Assembly (NCBI GenBank): GCA_030704615.1
Contig: CM060732.1
Coordinates: 67,952,001 to 68,016,000 of the forward strand
Direction: 5' to 3'
Length of the DNA: 64,000 nt
Source: Takakia lepidozioides
Lineage: Eukaryota > Plantae > Bryophyta
Below, in pieces: positions 12,245 through 24,908 of this stretch; the stretch's first letter is position 1; the number at the start of each line of letters is the position of its first letter. The notes under the pieces were generated by a model. It did not search any database. It saw only the letters and a program-made list of their open reading frames with translations, and had not been told where the DNA came from. The position numbers and the translations under genes are program-made.

Positions 12245-15113
12245 TTACCAGTAGTCACCACAAGAACAAACCCCACCTTGAAAGTGGTGGAAGCGATTGG
12301 CATCCCGCACAACAACTGCTCGCCCAACAATCTTCGAGATGAATTTGGTGGCTACATGGCAATCCCCGCACACGCGAAGGTTCTTCATGACACGGATAGG
12401 TGCCCCTGGGGGTGTGCTGATGAGCCCAAATGTAATGGCTAGCTTCTCACTGTGGTGGCAAAGAGAAAATTCCTTCTGCTCCTCGTCCACATCATGCAAT
12501 ACAAAGCTGGTGTCAGGCACGTACCCCGCCTCCTTCATCCTCCCAGACAATATTTTCAGCTCAGCATGGATTTCCTCAATTTGAGGATGCAATTTGTCGT
12601 CTACAACGAATGTATACACCTGGTCATTTACTTCAATACAGCTGCGGCCTGCCTCCTTTTGGACACCTCTGTCCTCCATGAGTTTTCTTACCTTAGCTCG
12701 GGCATCACGCCTACCAGCTGCAGCGTAGATGTTTGAGAGCAGCACGTAAGTTCCAGCATGCCGTGGATCCAACTTCAGAAGGCATTTTGCTGCACGTTTC
12801 GCTAGCTTCACATCCCCATGAATCCTGCAGGCACCAAGCAAGGCTCCCCAGACCCCAGCATGTGGTTTGATTGGCATTTCATTTATGAAGTCCTCTGCCT
12901 CCTTCAATTGCCCTGCTCGACCAAGAAGGTCCACCATGCAGCCAAAATGCTCCACTGTAGGAGTGAGGCCATAAACTCGACTGATGGATTCAAAGTAGCG
13001 AGTGCCTTCAGTCACCATGCCCACATGGCTACATGCAGAGAGAAGATATGTAAAGGTGATACTGTTTGGCTTCAAGCCTCTCTCTCGTATTTGTTCAAAT
13101 AGTTGGAGGGCCTCCCCACCACACCCATGCTGAGCATATCCTGCAATCATGGTGTTCCACGCAACCACATCTTGTTGGGCCATATTGTCGAACACTTGCC
13201 GTGCATCCTGCACACTCCCACATGTAGCATACATATCGACAAGGGCAGTCTCTAGGATGATATCTGGAGCAATTCCACTATGGCTGAAATCAGTATGAAC
13301 CTTTTTCCCCTTCTCAAGGGCTCCTAAGCTGCCACAAGCATTGAGAATGCATGTAAATGCAACACTATCAGGCATGATCCCTTCCCGTCTCATTCGCTCA
13401 AAGATTTTCAGAGCCTCCTGACCACAGCCATTCTGAGCATATCCAGCAATCATTGCATTCCATGACACCGAATTGCGGTCAGCCATACTGTCAAACACTT
13501 GGCGAGCATCCTTTACACTCCCACATTTGGCATACATATCAACAAGGGCAGTCTTCAGAATGATATCTGGTGCAATTCCAGCTTTGATGATATCGTCATG
13601 GACCTCTTTACCCTTTTCCAGCACTCCCAGGCTGGCACACGCATTGAGAATGCAAGTGAATGCGACCCTGTCAGGCATTACTCCTTCCCGTCGCATTTGC
13701 TCATAGAGTTTGAAAGCCTCCTCAGCATGGCCATGCTTGGCGTATCCTGCCATCATCATTGTCCACGTAAACATATCCCGTTGAAGCATGTTGTCAAACA
13801 CGCGGCATGCATCAACCACGCTCCCACACTTAGCATACATATTGACAAGGGTGTTGAGTAGATAGGTATTTGGCTTGAATCCTCTTTGGATAATATGGGA
13901 ATGCACCTGCTTTCCTGCTGCTAGGTTTTTAGTTTTAATACACTCCTGCAACAGGCAGACATAAGTATTGGAATCTGCTGACTTGCTTTGCTGGTTCAAA
14001 ATGTGCAGCCCACTTTCAAGTTTTCCTGCCTTACATAGGGTCCTCACCTCGCCACAAGAGCCAGAAGAGTTCTTGTTGACTGCTTTTCTTGGTCCTCTTT
14101 TAAAAGCAACGGTCATGGTGGAGCTGCATGATTCAAACGACTGTGGCTGATGAAATCCTGCCATCCTGCACAACACAAACATTCAATTACAGACCCTTGG
14201 ACATAAATAAAATACCTCAAAACTTCTATATAAAATAAATTCTCTCCTCATATGAACAGGTTTAAAAAGCTACTGCAGTTAGCAACATTGGGATAAACCA
14301 GAGAAGATTCTATCTGTTGTAGTTTGAAGCTATAAACAAATACCTGCTGTATTCTTGGCCTGAAACTCCATGGTCTACATCAACATTAGAGCCATCACCA
14401 GATCGTGCTCGACCTTGTATCATGGAAGATAGCTCTGTTTTCATCAAATGGGGGTTTAACCAACTATCAATCCCAAGGACCTCCTTTTTGCACTTACGTA
14501 TCAAGTCTGGTGATCTCGGACTTTTCTGTGAAAACCACATGTAGGCAGCTGGAGATACTGTAGAATCCATGAAACAGCTTCATGACAAGCCCTCCTTCAA
14601 AAACTCTCCAAAATAGCAATAAACCCACCTTATCAAAACTTTTGTGCCACCAATGTGAAGGATCTGAGAAGAATTCCTGCCAGAGCCATTCAGCGGTCAT
14701 TGCTTGACCTGCAGGCCGAGGGCAAGAATGTGAGAAGTCGGAAACTTCTGTTACCTGAGTCTGTATTCCCAGCTCCTAGTTGACCTGGTTCCTGCTGAGG
14801 AATGCTACCATAGGTTTCCACCTTTCTGTGGACAAGTTGCACCGGCATCACTCCAAAGCACAAAATTAGAGACCCCAAAAATCCCAAGGAGCTGGTCTAT
14901 ACCTTTCTGCAGATTCCCCAGAGGCTGCGGAGGCAGCAGAGCCATCACTTGCAAGGGTATCGGCCCTGGCATTGCAAAGCTGGATACCCACTTCCACTCC
15001 ACAGCCTGGTCAATCAATCTGCTGCATGATGTGAGGCATCCCGCCTGTCCACCGCAAGGAGAAGATAGCGCCTTAGGCATGGCCTCCAGCGTGCACAGGA
15101 GAAGCGCTGTCAT
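12245..15113 (-). CDS. PDF-motif/PPR-DYW fusion gene (exons 15113-14903, 14708-14629, 14525-14344, 14165-12245; 797 aa)
   Basis: The terminal exon is an intact PLS-PPR-E-DYW (HHSEKLA, CGDCH, DYW). Upstream exons join by GT-AG in frame with no stops (211+80+182+1921=2394 nt) and encode WLWQEFFSDPSHWWHKSFDK|KSPRSPDLIRKCKKEVLGIDSW. The PPR part is very secure; the exon joining is predicted. Confidence 0.85.
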
Positions 15114-16046
15114 ACCTTCTAAGTGCCTATGTGAAGAGAGGATATACCACCACCTCATGCTGATTGCCAACATACAGATGGAAGGTCCCCACACCCATCC
15201 CCCTCGATGATAAGCCCTAGTAACACATTTTGTAAAGATTACTGTTGTCATTTGCTTCCTCCATCCTACTGCTATTTGCCGAAATGCAGCATACTCGGAG
15301 TAAGAAAAATCATATGATGGATCAACTGATTAGTTAAATACTAGGATTGTATTCTTGGTCAGGTAATGTACCAAAGTCTTGGGGAGCTGCAGTCCCTGCT
15401 CCATCATGATCATCACCTATTTATTCCTCACTTCTTGCGAAGTGTGACTGGAAAGGCAAACCAAACTCTTTTGTGACATCAAACACTGATGCTACCAGTA
15501 TTCGCCTCAGTTGGGTTGCTCCTCTCTGTCATTTGACTTCGATCCTGCTACTCTGCAGGTTACGAGAGTTACCACCAGAGTTGTGATTGCTGAATACAGG
15601 CTTAAGGCATGCAGAGATACTAATAACACCTACTTTATGGTCGAGATTTAGGCAAATTCTGATCATGGTCGTTGTGCATAGCCTCTTCACTGCCACCACA
15701 AACTGGCTCCTGCCTTTGTGCCCTTGAACAAGACGAGTCCAAAGCGAGGGGGCCGGGGTTACACGGCCGGGAGTGTAACTCCGCTTGGGGTTACACAGAA
15801 TAGAGTGTAATTCCACTCGATGTAACTCATACTTGGTCTCGAAATTTGACAGTCCAAATTTGGATACATATAAAATGGACTACACAAGACACAGAATGAC
15901 ACTACCAAGAGTTACCCCATTCTGGGGTTACATGGACATAGGTTACATCAGGGAGAATCCAACACTTAACTCTGGGATCTGAACTCAATCAGAATCCCAG
16001 AAAAAACAATTCAAACTAGGCTTGAGCATCGTAAACTACTTACATA

Positions 16047-16493
16047 TGTCGTGCACCTAAGCATCGTGCCACAATCCTACAAAACTACGCCACATGCAAT
16101 GATAAAGAAAGTGGAATGAGAGAAATAGAATGCAATGGAAACTCTTAGCATGAAACCACATCATAGTAACGAGCACACATAAACCCTTCCAGATAAAATC
16201 ATACTAGATCACTTTATACAATGACACCTTTGCTAAATAAATTCACCATATGACACTCGCACACATTCCTACTCAAGAACTAGAGTTATGGAGGTGTAAG
16301 AGGTCTTGGAAGGCTCACCTAAAAGAAGCCTTCCCAAGGAGGAAAACCCTATTACACATTCCAAGTGAGGTTCGTCATCTCACTTGCATGGAACCAGTGA
16401 AGTTTCGATACCATCACATACAAATATAAATATATAATGTTTTAATTAGCTAGAAATAACTATCTTTAACTAACCATGACTAAAACCACGACA
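16047..16493 (+). mobile_element. Solo LTR (family 2)
   Basis: TGTCGTG...CACGACA terminal inverted repeat, CATA on both flanks (4-bp TSD), homologous to 41074..41525 and 52232..52605. Confidence 0.8.
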
Positions 16494-17743
16494 CATACAA
16501 TCTCTACCATTGTATCTCTTTGAGAAAGTTTACATTTCTTTGCAACATTAGTCACGGCTACAATTCAAGACAATTCATTACAAAACAAGACATCTGAGAA
16601 GAACCCGAAATAAATAGAAAATGAGTTCCGAAAATGTTGAACCAAACCAGAATTTATAGGCGGAAAGTGTTGTATAGTTCTAATACAATCCGTTACATGA
16701 ATACAGACAAAGTGGTTGAATTGTGGAAAATATGCCAGATTATTTGACTCTCCACAATGCTGCACATGGGCTTACCTCACAGGAACCTTAAGCTCATTCG
16801 AAAGAGCCGAGATGTAAGGATTCAGTTTCCAATGCTTATTTTGCAACATTTCAAAAATAATGTCCTAGAAGTGATGGATGTTGACGACTCAATTAGATAA
16901 AACCAAGACATGCAGGCTTCCAATCTCTTCATACAGCTGCTTGGCCTAGGGAGGAACATATCCACATAATCAATGACCTTATTGATTTAGCTCGAAGCCT
17001 CTTCCACCTGAGGGCGGGCTTCCAGCCTCCCGCAACCTGGTCATGCAGATCAAGTGGTACATCTATGTGAGGGTGTGCTGCAAAGACTATTGTATAGACA
17101 GATCCCACTTAACCTATATATACAATCTTCCTCCCCCGTTATACTTATTGCAAGTTTGAGAGGTCAACGCCCATAGCTGTCCAAGACATCATACGTTCCC
17201 ACGTATTTATCCTCACGACTAATGCGACTTAAACATATTTAGGAAGTAGTGGTGTGCTCAACGTCATGCATTGTGGTCTACAAACTGAAGGTCTACGTCT
17301 TTCGAGCAAAGTGTGTGCTCCATCTGTGAGGGTATATGTAGATGAGAGGTTGTTCTCTTCCTCCAGAGAAACTAATCGTAAGATAACACGACCAGGGCTC
17401 CTAGGCTTTGGGAGGCAACGCAGTCATCTTTGACAATAGTAGGGGGAGCCATTCTATCAAGATGTGTTGGACCTTCCTTTAGACCTTTGTAAGCATGATC
17501 AGATGGGCCTGCCCCAACCATTAAAGATCCTTCATAAGCTTAAATGGGTGAAATAAATCTCTAAAGCTTGTTTGATTTCTATTGCTAGCAAAGCAACTGG
17601 TAGCATCCATCAGAGAAAGGGAGAGGGTGGCATCAGTTCTCTTACATGTGGTGAAGCAACCTCGAGGTGATGGAATTCAACTCGATCAGAAACTTTGAAT
17701 ACATGTGTGCTTTCCCCCGACCAGACTGCAAACAAAATGATCG

Positions 17744-18172
17744 TTGCGGCCACGGAGCAACCTCACTAAAATGGTGCAGGAGAGAAACAACCCCCTTGAT
17801 GTGTTTGAGTCCGCATGCCCCGACCACGTTTGGCACATAGAACGCACAAGTGCAAGGTCTCGTGTGAAATGTACAGCGATTAGGGCAACAAATTTCGAGA
17901 AGTGCACTTCATCTATATCCAGAGGTGGTGCCCGGACTCCTGCTCCGACTTTCACGGGTTTGATGCGTCCATACGGTCAACCAGAAGCCAAGAACCACAA
18001 GTTCTGGTTCTGCACAGATGATTGTGGCAGATGTGTGCATAGAACTGTGCGTCCTTCCGTGGTGATGAAGCCAGCTCCTCCAACCGTTTGGCCCGTCAAG
18101 GTGGGAACACATGTCAAGTTAAATAAGCACAGTGTGAAAACAGCTAGAATAAAACTAGTTATTTGTATTTAA
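17744..18172 (+). pseudogene. Cys/Trp-rich ORF fragment, probably transposon-derived
   Basis: WHIERT..C.A...KC...PAPTFTG...FWFCTDDCGRCV...WPVKVGT looks like real coding sequence; no valid start and a degraded upstream region. Family not established. Confidence 0.35.
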
Positions 18173-18226
18173 CACTTGGATTTAGGTCAAGTGTTAAATC
18201 AGGTGTCAAGTTTAGTTTGACACCTG
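18167..18226. repeat. Two back-to-back perfect hairpins
   Basis: atttaacacttg-N9-caagtgttaaat followed immediately by caggtgtcaa-N7-ttgacacctg. Confidence 0.85.
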
Positions 18227-19355
18227 GTCCGTCTTATCTTCACGAGAGCGGCAGTCGCGCGGCTCATCTCTCTCGAGTTAAGCCTGCGCGACCGAGCTCT
18301 TGCATGCGTTTAGATCTGAGTGTACTCATGATGGGAGTGTAGGTTGTTGTGGGGTGGAGTCCCCATAGCTTGGGGTGCCCCTGGCTCGACTACTATTTCA
18401 AAGAGTGATGGTTTTGGTTTTCATGCTTTGCATCGTGTGTGTCCTTAGCTTTCTTATCACTCGAGAGAGATGAGCTGTCTAGTTTTCTAGTACTAAGCTA
18501 CATATGATGTTTTCTGTTTTTAAGCACTATTATAATATAGCTTGGTCACATGGAGCGTGCAGTCAGACTGGCTATGTGTGCCGAGTGGAGCAGTACAAGA
18601 AGGCGGAAACCATTTGAAGTGTTGCTGCAACAGTTCAAAGCCAACAATAATCAGCCTTGGAGACAAGGAGGCTGCTCAGTTTATGAGGGCACTCGTGCTG
18701 CAGCGCGAGAAAGACCATTGGTCGGAATCCCCCGTTTGGGCTGGCTGGGCTTGATTTATATTGGCGACTTGGAGGCGCTCCAGAGTTTCGTTGGCAGTGG
18801 GTGCTGAGCCGTTCAGGCTATTCGTGTGTGGCTTGAACCTCACCAGCCTGCCTAGCACATGTGTGAGGGGGCTTGTTACACCACTGCCTGTATATACTAG
18901 GATTCTTGCAGGGCCTGGCTTGTACACGTTCATGATTTCAAACTCGTCCCATGGTGGTGTAAGTGGATCTCTCAGCCTTTGCGAAGGTAGACTGCGCTGC
19001 ATGGTTGGTCGCTGATACAAATTTGGCTTCAGACTGCTGCTTCCGTTGGGATTGAGGCTCCTAGACTCTAACCAGAGGAGCCTCAACGGGAAACGGATCA
19101 GGAAAGTGCAAAGGTAGTAGAGTCGTCGTTTTAACTTCCTGGGGTTGTGCATGTCCCTTGTGGAGACGCTGGCAGAATTGAAACTTAACACACAAGCTAG
19201 GTTCAAGCGGGTACGTGCCTGTGAGCAGTGCTGCGGGGCCCTTATGCCGAGTTATTCACGCTGGTGGTGTTCCTACTAGTAGGGAGTTATTCTAGCTAAC
19301 TTCGAGCTATAATGCCTCAGTCTCGTCATGCTCATTATGTCTATCATAGTGCACC

Positions 19356-19705
19356 ATGGCCTTACGTTGTCACAGGAAGACAAATCTAGCTGTGAACCCT
19401 GGACCTCGCAAAGTTCTCACACCCTACCAGGAGTGGAACAAAGAAAGTGCTCGAGAGATCCCCATTGAGAAATTGAAGGTTATCGGTTCCCTGGACAACT
19501 GGGCGCAAGAGAATTTGCTACCCCTTTTGAAGCCCGTAGACAAGTGCTGGCAACCCCAGGACTTCCTTCCTGAAGCTTCATCGGAAAGTTTCTTTGATGA
19601 GGTAACGGAGCTCCGAGCCCGGGCCAGGGAACTGCCTGATGACTATGTGATGTGGCGTTACAGAGAGGCCAGATACTGGGCCCACTTTGGTACCCTTGGG
19701 TAATT
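19356..19705 (+). pseudogene. SAD: Stearoyl-ACP (delta-9) desaturase fragment
   Basis: SLDNWAQENLLPLLKPVDKCWQPQDFLPEASSESFFDEVTELRARARELPDDY is the conserved N-terminal block of plastid acyl-ACP desaturases; similarity collapses right after it. Confidence 0.85.
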
Positions 19706-20701
19706 GATAAGGTGATAGGAGCTGACCTTCTTGCCCATCAGGTCTTGTAGCAGGGAAGAAGGGCTGAAGGAACTCGTCATGCTCTAATTGGCCAATGCTC
19801 CAAGTGTGTGGAAATCAGACCAGTTGCAGATCACACAGATTACTCAACTGCACGATTTTTGGAGGAACAAATGACCTACAGATACGGCACACAAAAGGTC
19901 ACATCAACAGATCAAGGCTGAGAGTGGATTAAGTGTGAGTTTCGGAGATATATGAGCGATTCAGGAGGAAACAAGAGCAGTCGGCCCCATACTGGTCACA
20001 GAGCAACGGACGGATTGGATGCGTGATCAATCATTGAAGTCAAGCATCAAAGTAATCAGTGGAAGAAAGGGTGGAGAGTGTAACAGAGACCTCAAGACAT
20101 GGTCTGGCAAGTCGAGTTGAAGTGCAGGCTGCCGGTAATCTCCCTCCATGCGAGCTGGAACTTACGGGAAACGACCTGAGAGTCAGCAATGATAAGTATG
20201 TGGGACGGACACCTGAACAAATGCAGCTGAGGGATGACGAAGCGGCAATGCGGTCCATCATGGAGGAGAAGCCGATCGGAGTTCAACAAATCGAGCTGCT
20301 CCGTGGTAATGGCGAGGCGACCCCAAAACAACAGAGAACTACATGAACATGTTCGGAACCTGTAGATAACCTGGGAACAGTTTTTAATGGTGAGAACGTT
20401 TTGGTGTTAAAATTTATTATTTTTTAAAATATATTAAAAAAACCTTTTTTTAATCTAATTCAAATGATTTAGAGCTTGGTTGGTCATATCTTTGTCAAAT
20501 GAACTCCGTTTGACTCAGTTTTTGGGGAGATAGCTGCAGAAAGGGGAAATCTACCTACCTAGACCTGGTTTTTGTTTTTGGGAATCTGCTAAAAATCTAT
20601 GGGATTTTTAGAGTGTGAGTGTGCCATGAAAGATCCACAATCCTGTTTCTAGAACCTGTTCTGGTCTACATGAGAGATAAATCTAGGGATGTACTCCTTG
20701 T

Positions 20702-21451
20702 ATGGCTGGGGGAAATGAGGACGTGATTGAAGGGCAGGTCTCTTCTCTTAGCCTGTGCACCAAAGAGGACAAGATTTATGTTTCCCAAGGAACTCAGACT
20801 GATTTGAGTGGAGAACAGTTGGACGAGTTGATTGCATACTGGGAGTCAGGCATTAGCAGTGGACAACAAACTGTTGTAGTTGGCGTTGAGGGCCTCAATA
20901 TCGCCTTGGACAGTCAGAACTCTGTTGGAGCCAGCAGTTCTGCAGTTGTAGGTGAAATACCAAAGTGGGTGAAAGCTAGGCTTGGAACACAGCCAAAGAC
21001 AGCCCCGGGGACCAAGGTGTTCAGCCACAAGGCCGTGGTGTATTGGAGTAGAGGAGCAGGAGCTGCACAAGTTTGTGCAATTAGACAGTGTTGCAGCCGG
21101 ACACGCTCTGCACAAGGCAACCACGAGCGGGGGTTCATTAGCAATGACATGTTTGTTGTGCGTGAAGGAGATGCAGTCATTCGCAATGAGGACACCCGCA
21201 ACCGTCTCAAAGCTTTCGAGTTGAGAGACTATCAGACCCTACCTTTGTTTTCTTTAGTGTTCAGTGAGCGGGAGATAGCAGAGTGTTGCTTTGTCTCTAC
21301 CTGGCAGAAAGAGGAGGAGGGTTGGTTAGAGCGAGCTACTGTAGCTTGGGACAAGGTTAGTGGCAGGTTTCTGGACATAGATATACCTCCTACACCTTAC
21401 CATCAAGTAGAGCGAGGCACTTTGAGAGAAGTCTGGAAGTTGATAGCATAG
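20702..21451 (+). CDS. Unknown 249-aa ORF upstream of the DNMT-bearing retroelement (possibly inside its LTR or leader)
   Basis: ATG-initiated stop-free ORF; no recognised motif. Confidence 0.3.
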   Translation: MAGGNEDVIEGQVSSLSLCTKEDKIYVSQGTQTDLSGEQLDELIAYWESGISSGQQTVVVGVEGLNIALDSQNSVGASSSAVVGEIPKWVKARLGTQPKTAPGTKVFSHKAVVYWSRGAGAAQVCAIRQCCSRTRSAQGNHERGFISNDMFVVREGDAVIRNEDTRNRLKAFELRDYQTLPLFSLVFSEREIAECCFVSTWQKEEEGWLERATVAWDKVSGRFLDIDIPPTPYHQVERGTLREVWKLIA

Positions 21452-21970
21452 ATCAAGATTAGATCTTGCTTGGGCGGGCTTCTATTCTTCCCCTCCATCT
21501 CTGTACTATTTTCATTACCTTGTACTTGTAGTTGCCAAAGCCTCTCTTGGTGGAGGCCAGTCAGTCCGGGGTTTTGGGCTGGGATATTCTGCAGGATCAG
21601 CGTTGCTGCTGGATTTTGGTGTGGGGGTGTTGATGTTTTGATTTCTTGTGTTTGGATCCCCCCCAACACCTGCATGCTTGACTGTGCGCCATGTTGGTTT
21701 TGTGTGGGTGCTTGCTTTCATAGGGATTAGGCCGGATTTGATCACCGGTCAATCCTAGAGTATGCTGTCGGTGGTGAGGCTGGAGTGATGACAAGCAAGA
21801 CCACCAGTGTTTCTTCTATGGTGAGGCTGGGTTGATGACCAGCCAACCATAGGAGTTCTTGCGGTGGATGCAGGTGCAGGTGCCCTGAGCCATTGGGATA
21901 TGACCCTTAAACTGCAACAGGTGCCCACCCATGTCACTATTAGATTAGTACTAGAGCCTTATGGTGTTAC

Positions 21971-23883
21971 GTGGAGGAGGTGCACATTGTGAGTGTCATT
22001 ACGGAGTTACCCAAGGGTTTTGAGGGGAGTACGGCTACAGGCAGTAACAGTGAGAGTGGGTTCACAAGACGAGGTATTCGGTTCAGACCACCTTCACCGC
22101 CACCCTCAATTACTGTAGAGTCAGACACAGACTCGGAGGCTTCATCAACAGGTGTGCACTTTCATTCACCATTGTTGTGGGACGACATGGAGGAGATGTA
22201 TGGAGCTACCAAGGGGCCTCGTAGGTACTCTGGAGCTGTGGGCATAATCGAGTTGGATGACTTTATCCAGGAGTTCGACAGCTGGCGTGATTTGCAGCAG
22301 ATGCGCAATCCACAGCTATTCACCCATTCATGGCGTGGAAGGGACTGTTCCAGCATTTGGAAGGCCCGCCTATGGACGATTACCACGAGTTCAGGCAAGG
22401 ACATGAAGTAGAGATTGAGGAGTGGAGGATGTATTGGTCACCTGACTACGTCTCCATTACCCGAGGCACAACGCGACCAGTAGCTGCATCAGTACCAATA
22501 GCTCACACTGCCAGCACTAGTAGTGGAGCAAGTAGTGCTGGTACTTCTGTATGTGGTACCAGTTCAAAAGGTGCTACTACTCCTCCTGCCATGACTACAA
22601 CACATGTGCCTAGATTCAACCCGGTGGTGGAGTTCTTCCAGGAGTTGCGGAGGAACTACCAAGGTGTACGGACAGAGAAGCTGCGAAGTTTGCAAGACTT
22701 CCAGCGCAAACCCAGTGAGAGCCTGCGAGAGGCGTACACTCGTATAAGGCGCTTGATAAGTGTGACCCAAGGGGTTACTGAAGCTCAGGCAATCCAATTT
22801 TGGTATGGAATTCTGGACAAGGAGCTCAAGAGAAGGGTGCGAAATGCAACCTTGTTACAAGCAGCCCAACCCACATTAGCAGATGTGTTTCTGCTGGCTG
22901 AGCGGATTGAGCTCAACATGGTGGAGGAGCGAGTTGTCACCATTGGATTTGGCAAGGACATGCCTGCACGAGGCGCAGCTGCCAGCCCACAGGCACAAGG
23001 TACTGCCCAGCAGCGTGGTCAGGGGGGCAAGGTTTCCCAACCCAAGTTCCATGGAGCTTACAGAGGACCTCAGGTGCAGAGGCCCGTGGCGTCTTTTGCA
23101 GGCCAACAACAACCAGGGGTGATATGTTGGACATGTGGAGGACCCCATGTCAAGAGAGATTTCCCAGAGAATGGCAAAAGACCGGCACAAGCACAGCCTG
23201 CACAGTTGCAGTGTGGGCATTGTGGCAAGTATGGGCATAGAGATGCCCAGTGTTATGACTTGCATCCTGAGTTGCGCCCTGGCCAGTTCCAAGGGAACAA
23301 TGGAGGTGGACCAGCCCAGAGAGGACGAGGTGGTCGGGCACGAGGTGCAGGCCAAGGGCAAGCTCAACATGGCCAAGGGCACGGAGGTCAGGGTGTTGAT
23401 CAAGGCATGGCCAACCGGCTTCAGCAGCTAGAGCAGAGGCTCGCTGCCATGGCTATAGCTCAGGCGGTACCGGCTCCCAGGCGGGATGGTCCACCTCCTG
23501 TTCCTGAGGGAGGAGATATGGGAGGCATGGGATTCATGTGCGGAGCAGCACTACCACTAGAGCAGGTGGAGTCTGCTGCAGTCGTGACTCGAGGAGCAGC
23601 ACGAGTTCCTGAGCCACGAGGTGCAGAGGTGGAGTTGGATCCACAACGTGGGGAGGCAAGCCGTCAAGCAAGGCTGCCTCAGTCATTCACCTTGGCGGAG
23701 ACAGTGTCAACGCCATCCATGGCACCTAGTTCTCGCCCGACTGTTACCGAGGCGGAGGTTTCTATGTCATTGGGGAGAGCTACACGTGCAGCACTGACAC
23801 CTGCTACCAAGGCTAGTGCAGCCGGTGTGTTATTGGGGCAGCCACCTCTGTGTGTCAAGCCCCACTGTTCTCGGCAACCATGA
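21971..23883 (+). pseudogene. gag: gag with two CCHC-like zinc knuckles (frameshifted)
   Basis: LQDFQRKPSESLREAYTRIRRL and QFWYGIL..ELKRRV retrotransposon-gag motifs; CWTCGGPH and CGHCGKYGHRDAQC. Confidence 0.8.
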
Positions 23884-24099
23884 TTGCGACGCCGGGGGTA
23901 AGACCAGCTGCAGTGTTCAGACTAGCAGCAACACTCTGTGAGAGTGGGGAGGTCACTTCATCTTCTGCGGAGTTAGTGGAAGGTGTAGTGGCAGAGGGAT
24001 CCTCGGATTTGAGGGTCAAGACTGCCACGGCTGCGCCATGGCAAGCTGCAGCTGCCAGGTTGACGGAGCTGCCAGTTAGGCCAGCCTTTGAGCGCGCCA

Positions 24100-24450
24100 T
24101 GGTGACACCTGGAGTTGTCTTGTTAGACAACCAGGATGGCATTTTCTCTTTGAGTGGACCGGCAGGCAAGAAGTACCGGCCACTGCGGGTCTTGTTGGAC
24201 TCGGGAGCTCAGCCACTGATGTTGGGCAGAGCAACTATTGCAGGTTTGGGCCTCATGGAGGCGGATATGGAGCCTTGTCCTTTCCAGATACAGACATCTC
24301 TAGGAGGATCAGAGCAGGCTCGGGGCATGACACGGCATCAGTTGGCCATTAGACTGCAGCCGGATCATCCTATCGATGGCTCAGTAATGCGAGCTTAGGC
24401 CATTGTGACAGACGCGGTCTCTTACAATGTCCTCATTGGTGGGGCACTGT
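24100..24450 (+). pseudogene. Retroviral-type aspartic protease
   Basis: VLLDSGAQ active site (24198) and SYNVLIG C-terminal motif; TAG at 24396 is in the same frame as the DNMT. Confidence 0.8.
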
Positions 24451-24908
24451 TATACCCCATGGGCTTCACCCTGGACTTTTGGGAGGAGTCAGCATTCTAC
24501 AGGCCTGGATGGCAGTCAGGGGATGGTCGTCGTGCACAGCTCCCTGTGACATTCATTGGGGGTATTGCGGCTGCCCAACGGGGCAAGATGCCAACACTAG
24601 CCGCCTTTACAGCTGCAATTAGTTGGCCTGGAGAGTTGCTGGAAGGCAATGCCCATGCAGAGGATGTGCCACCTCCAGCAGAGCAGGATGACATGCATGG
24701 TGTGGCGGAGTTGCCTGCCATGGTTGCTCACACTCCATTGTGGGGTACGAGCAAGGATTTGCAGCAGGTTGCTGATCGACGGGTGCAACAAGCCTGGGTA
24801 GAGGCTTTTGTACCGTCAGGAGAGGAGGAGAGTGCAGGTATTGCACCAGGACCACCTCAGTTGTCACCATTGGATACCACACCTATTGTGTGGCAGTATC
24901 CGGATGAA

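Noticed and set aside
8097-14150. Many short ORFs antisense to the PPR exons
   Set aside because: Shadow ORFs of the coding strand.
14165-14182. ORF-track start MFVLCR for the minus-strand PPR gene
   Set aside because: These codons lie in the predicted intron's acceptor region (ttgtgcag|G).
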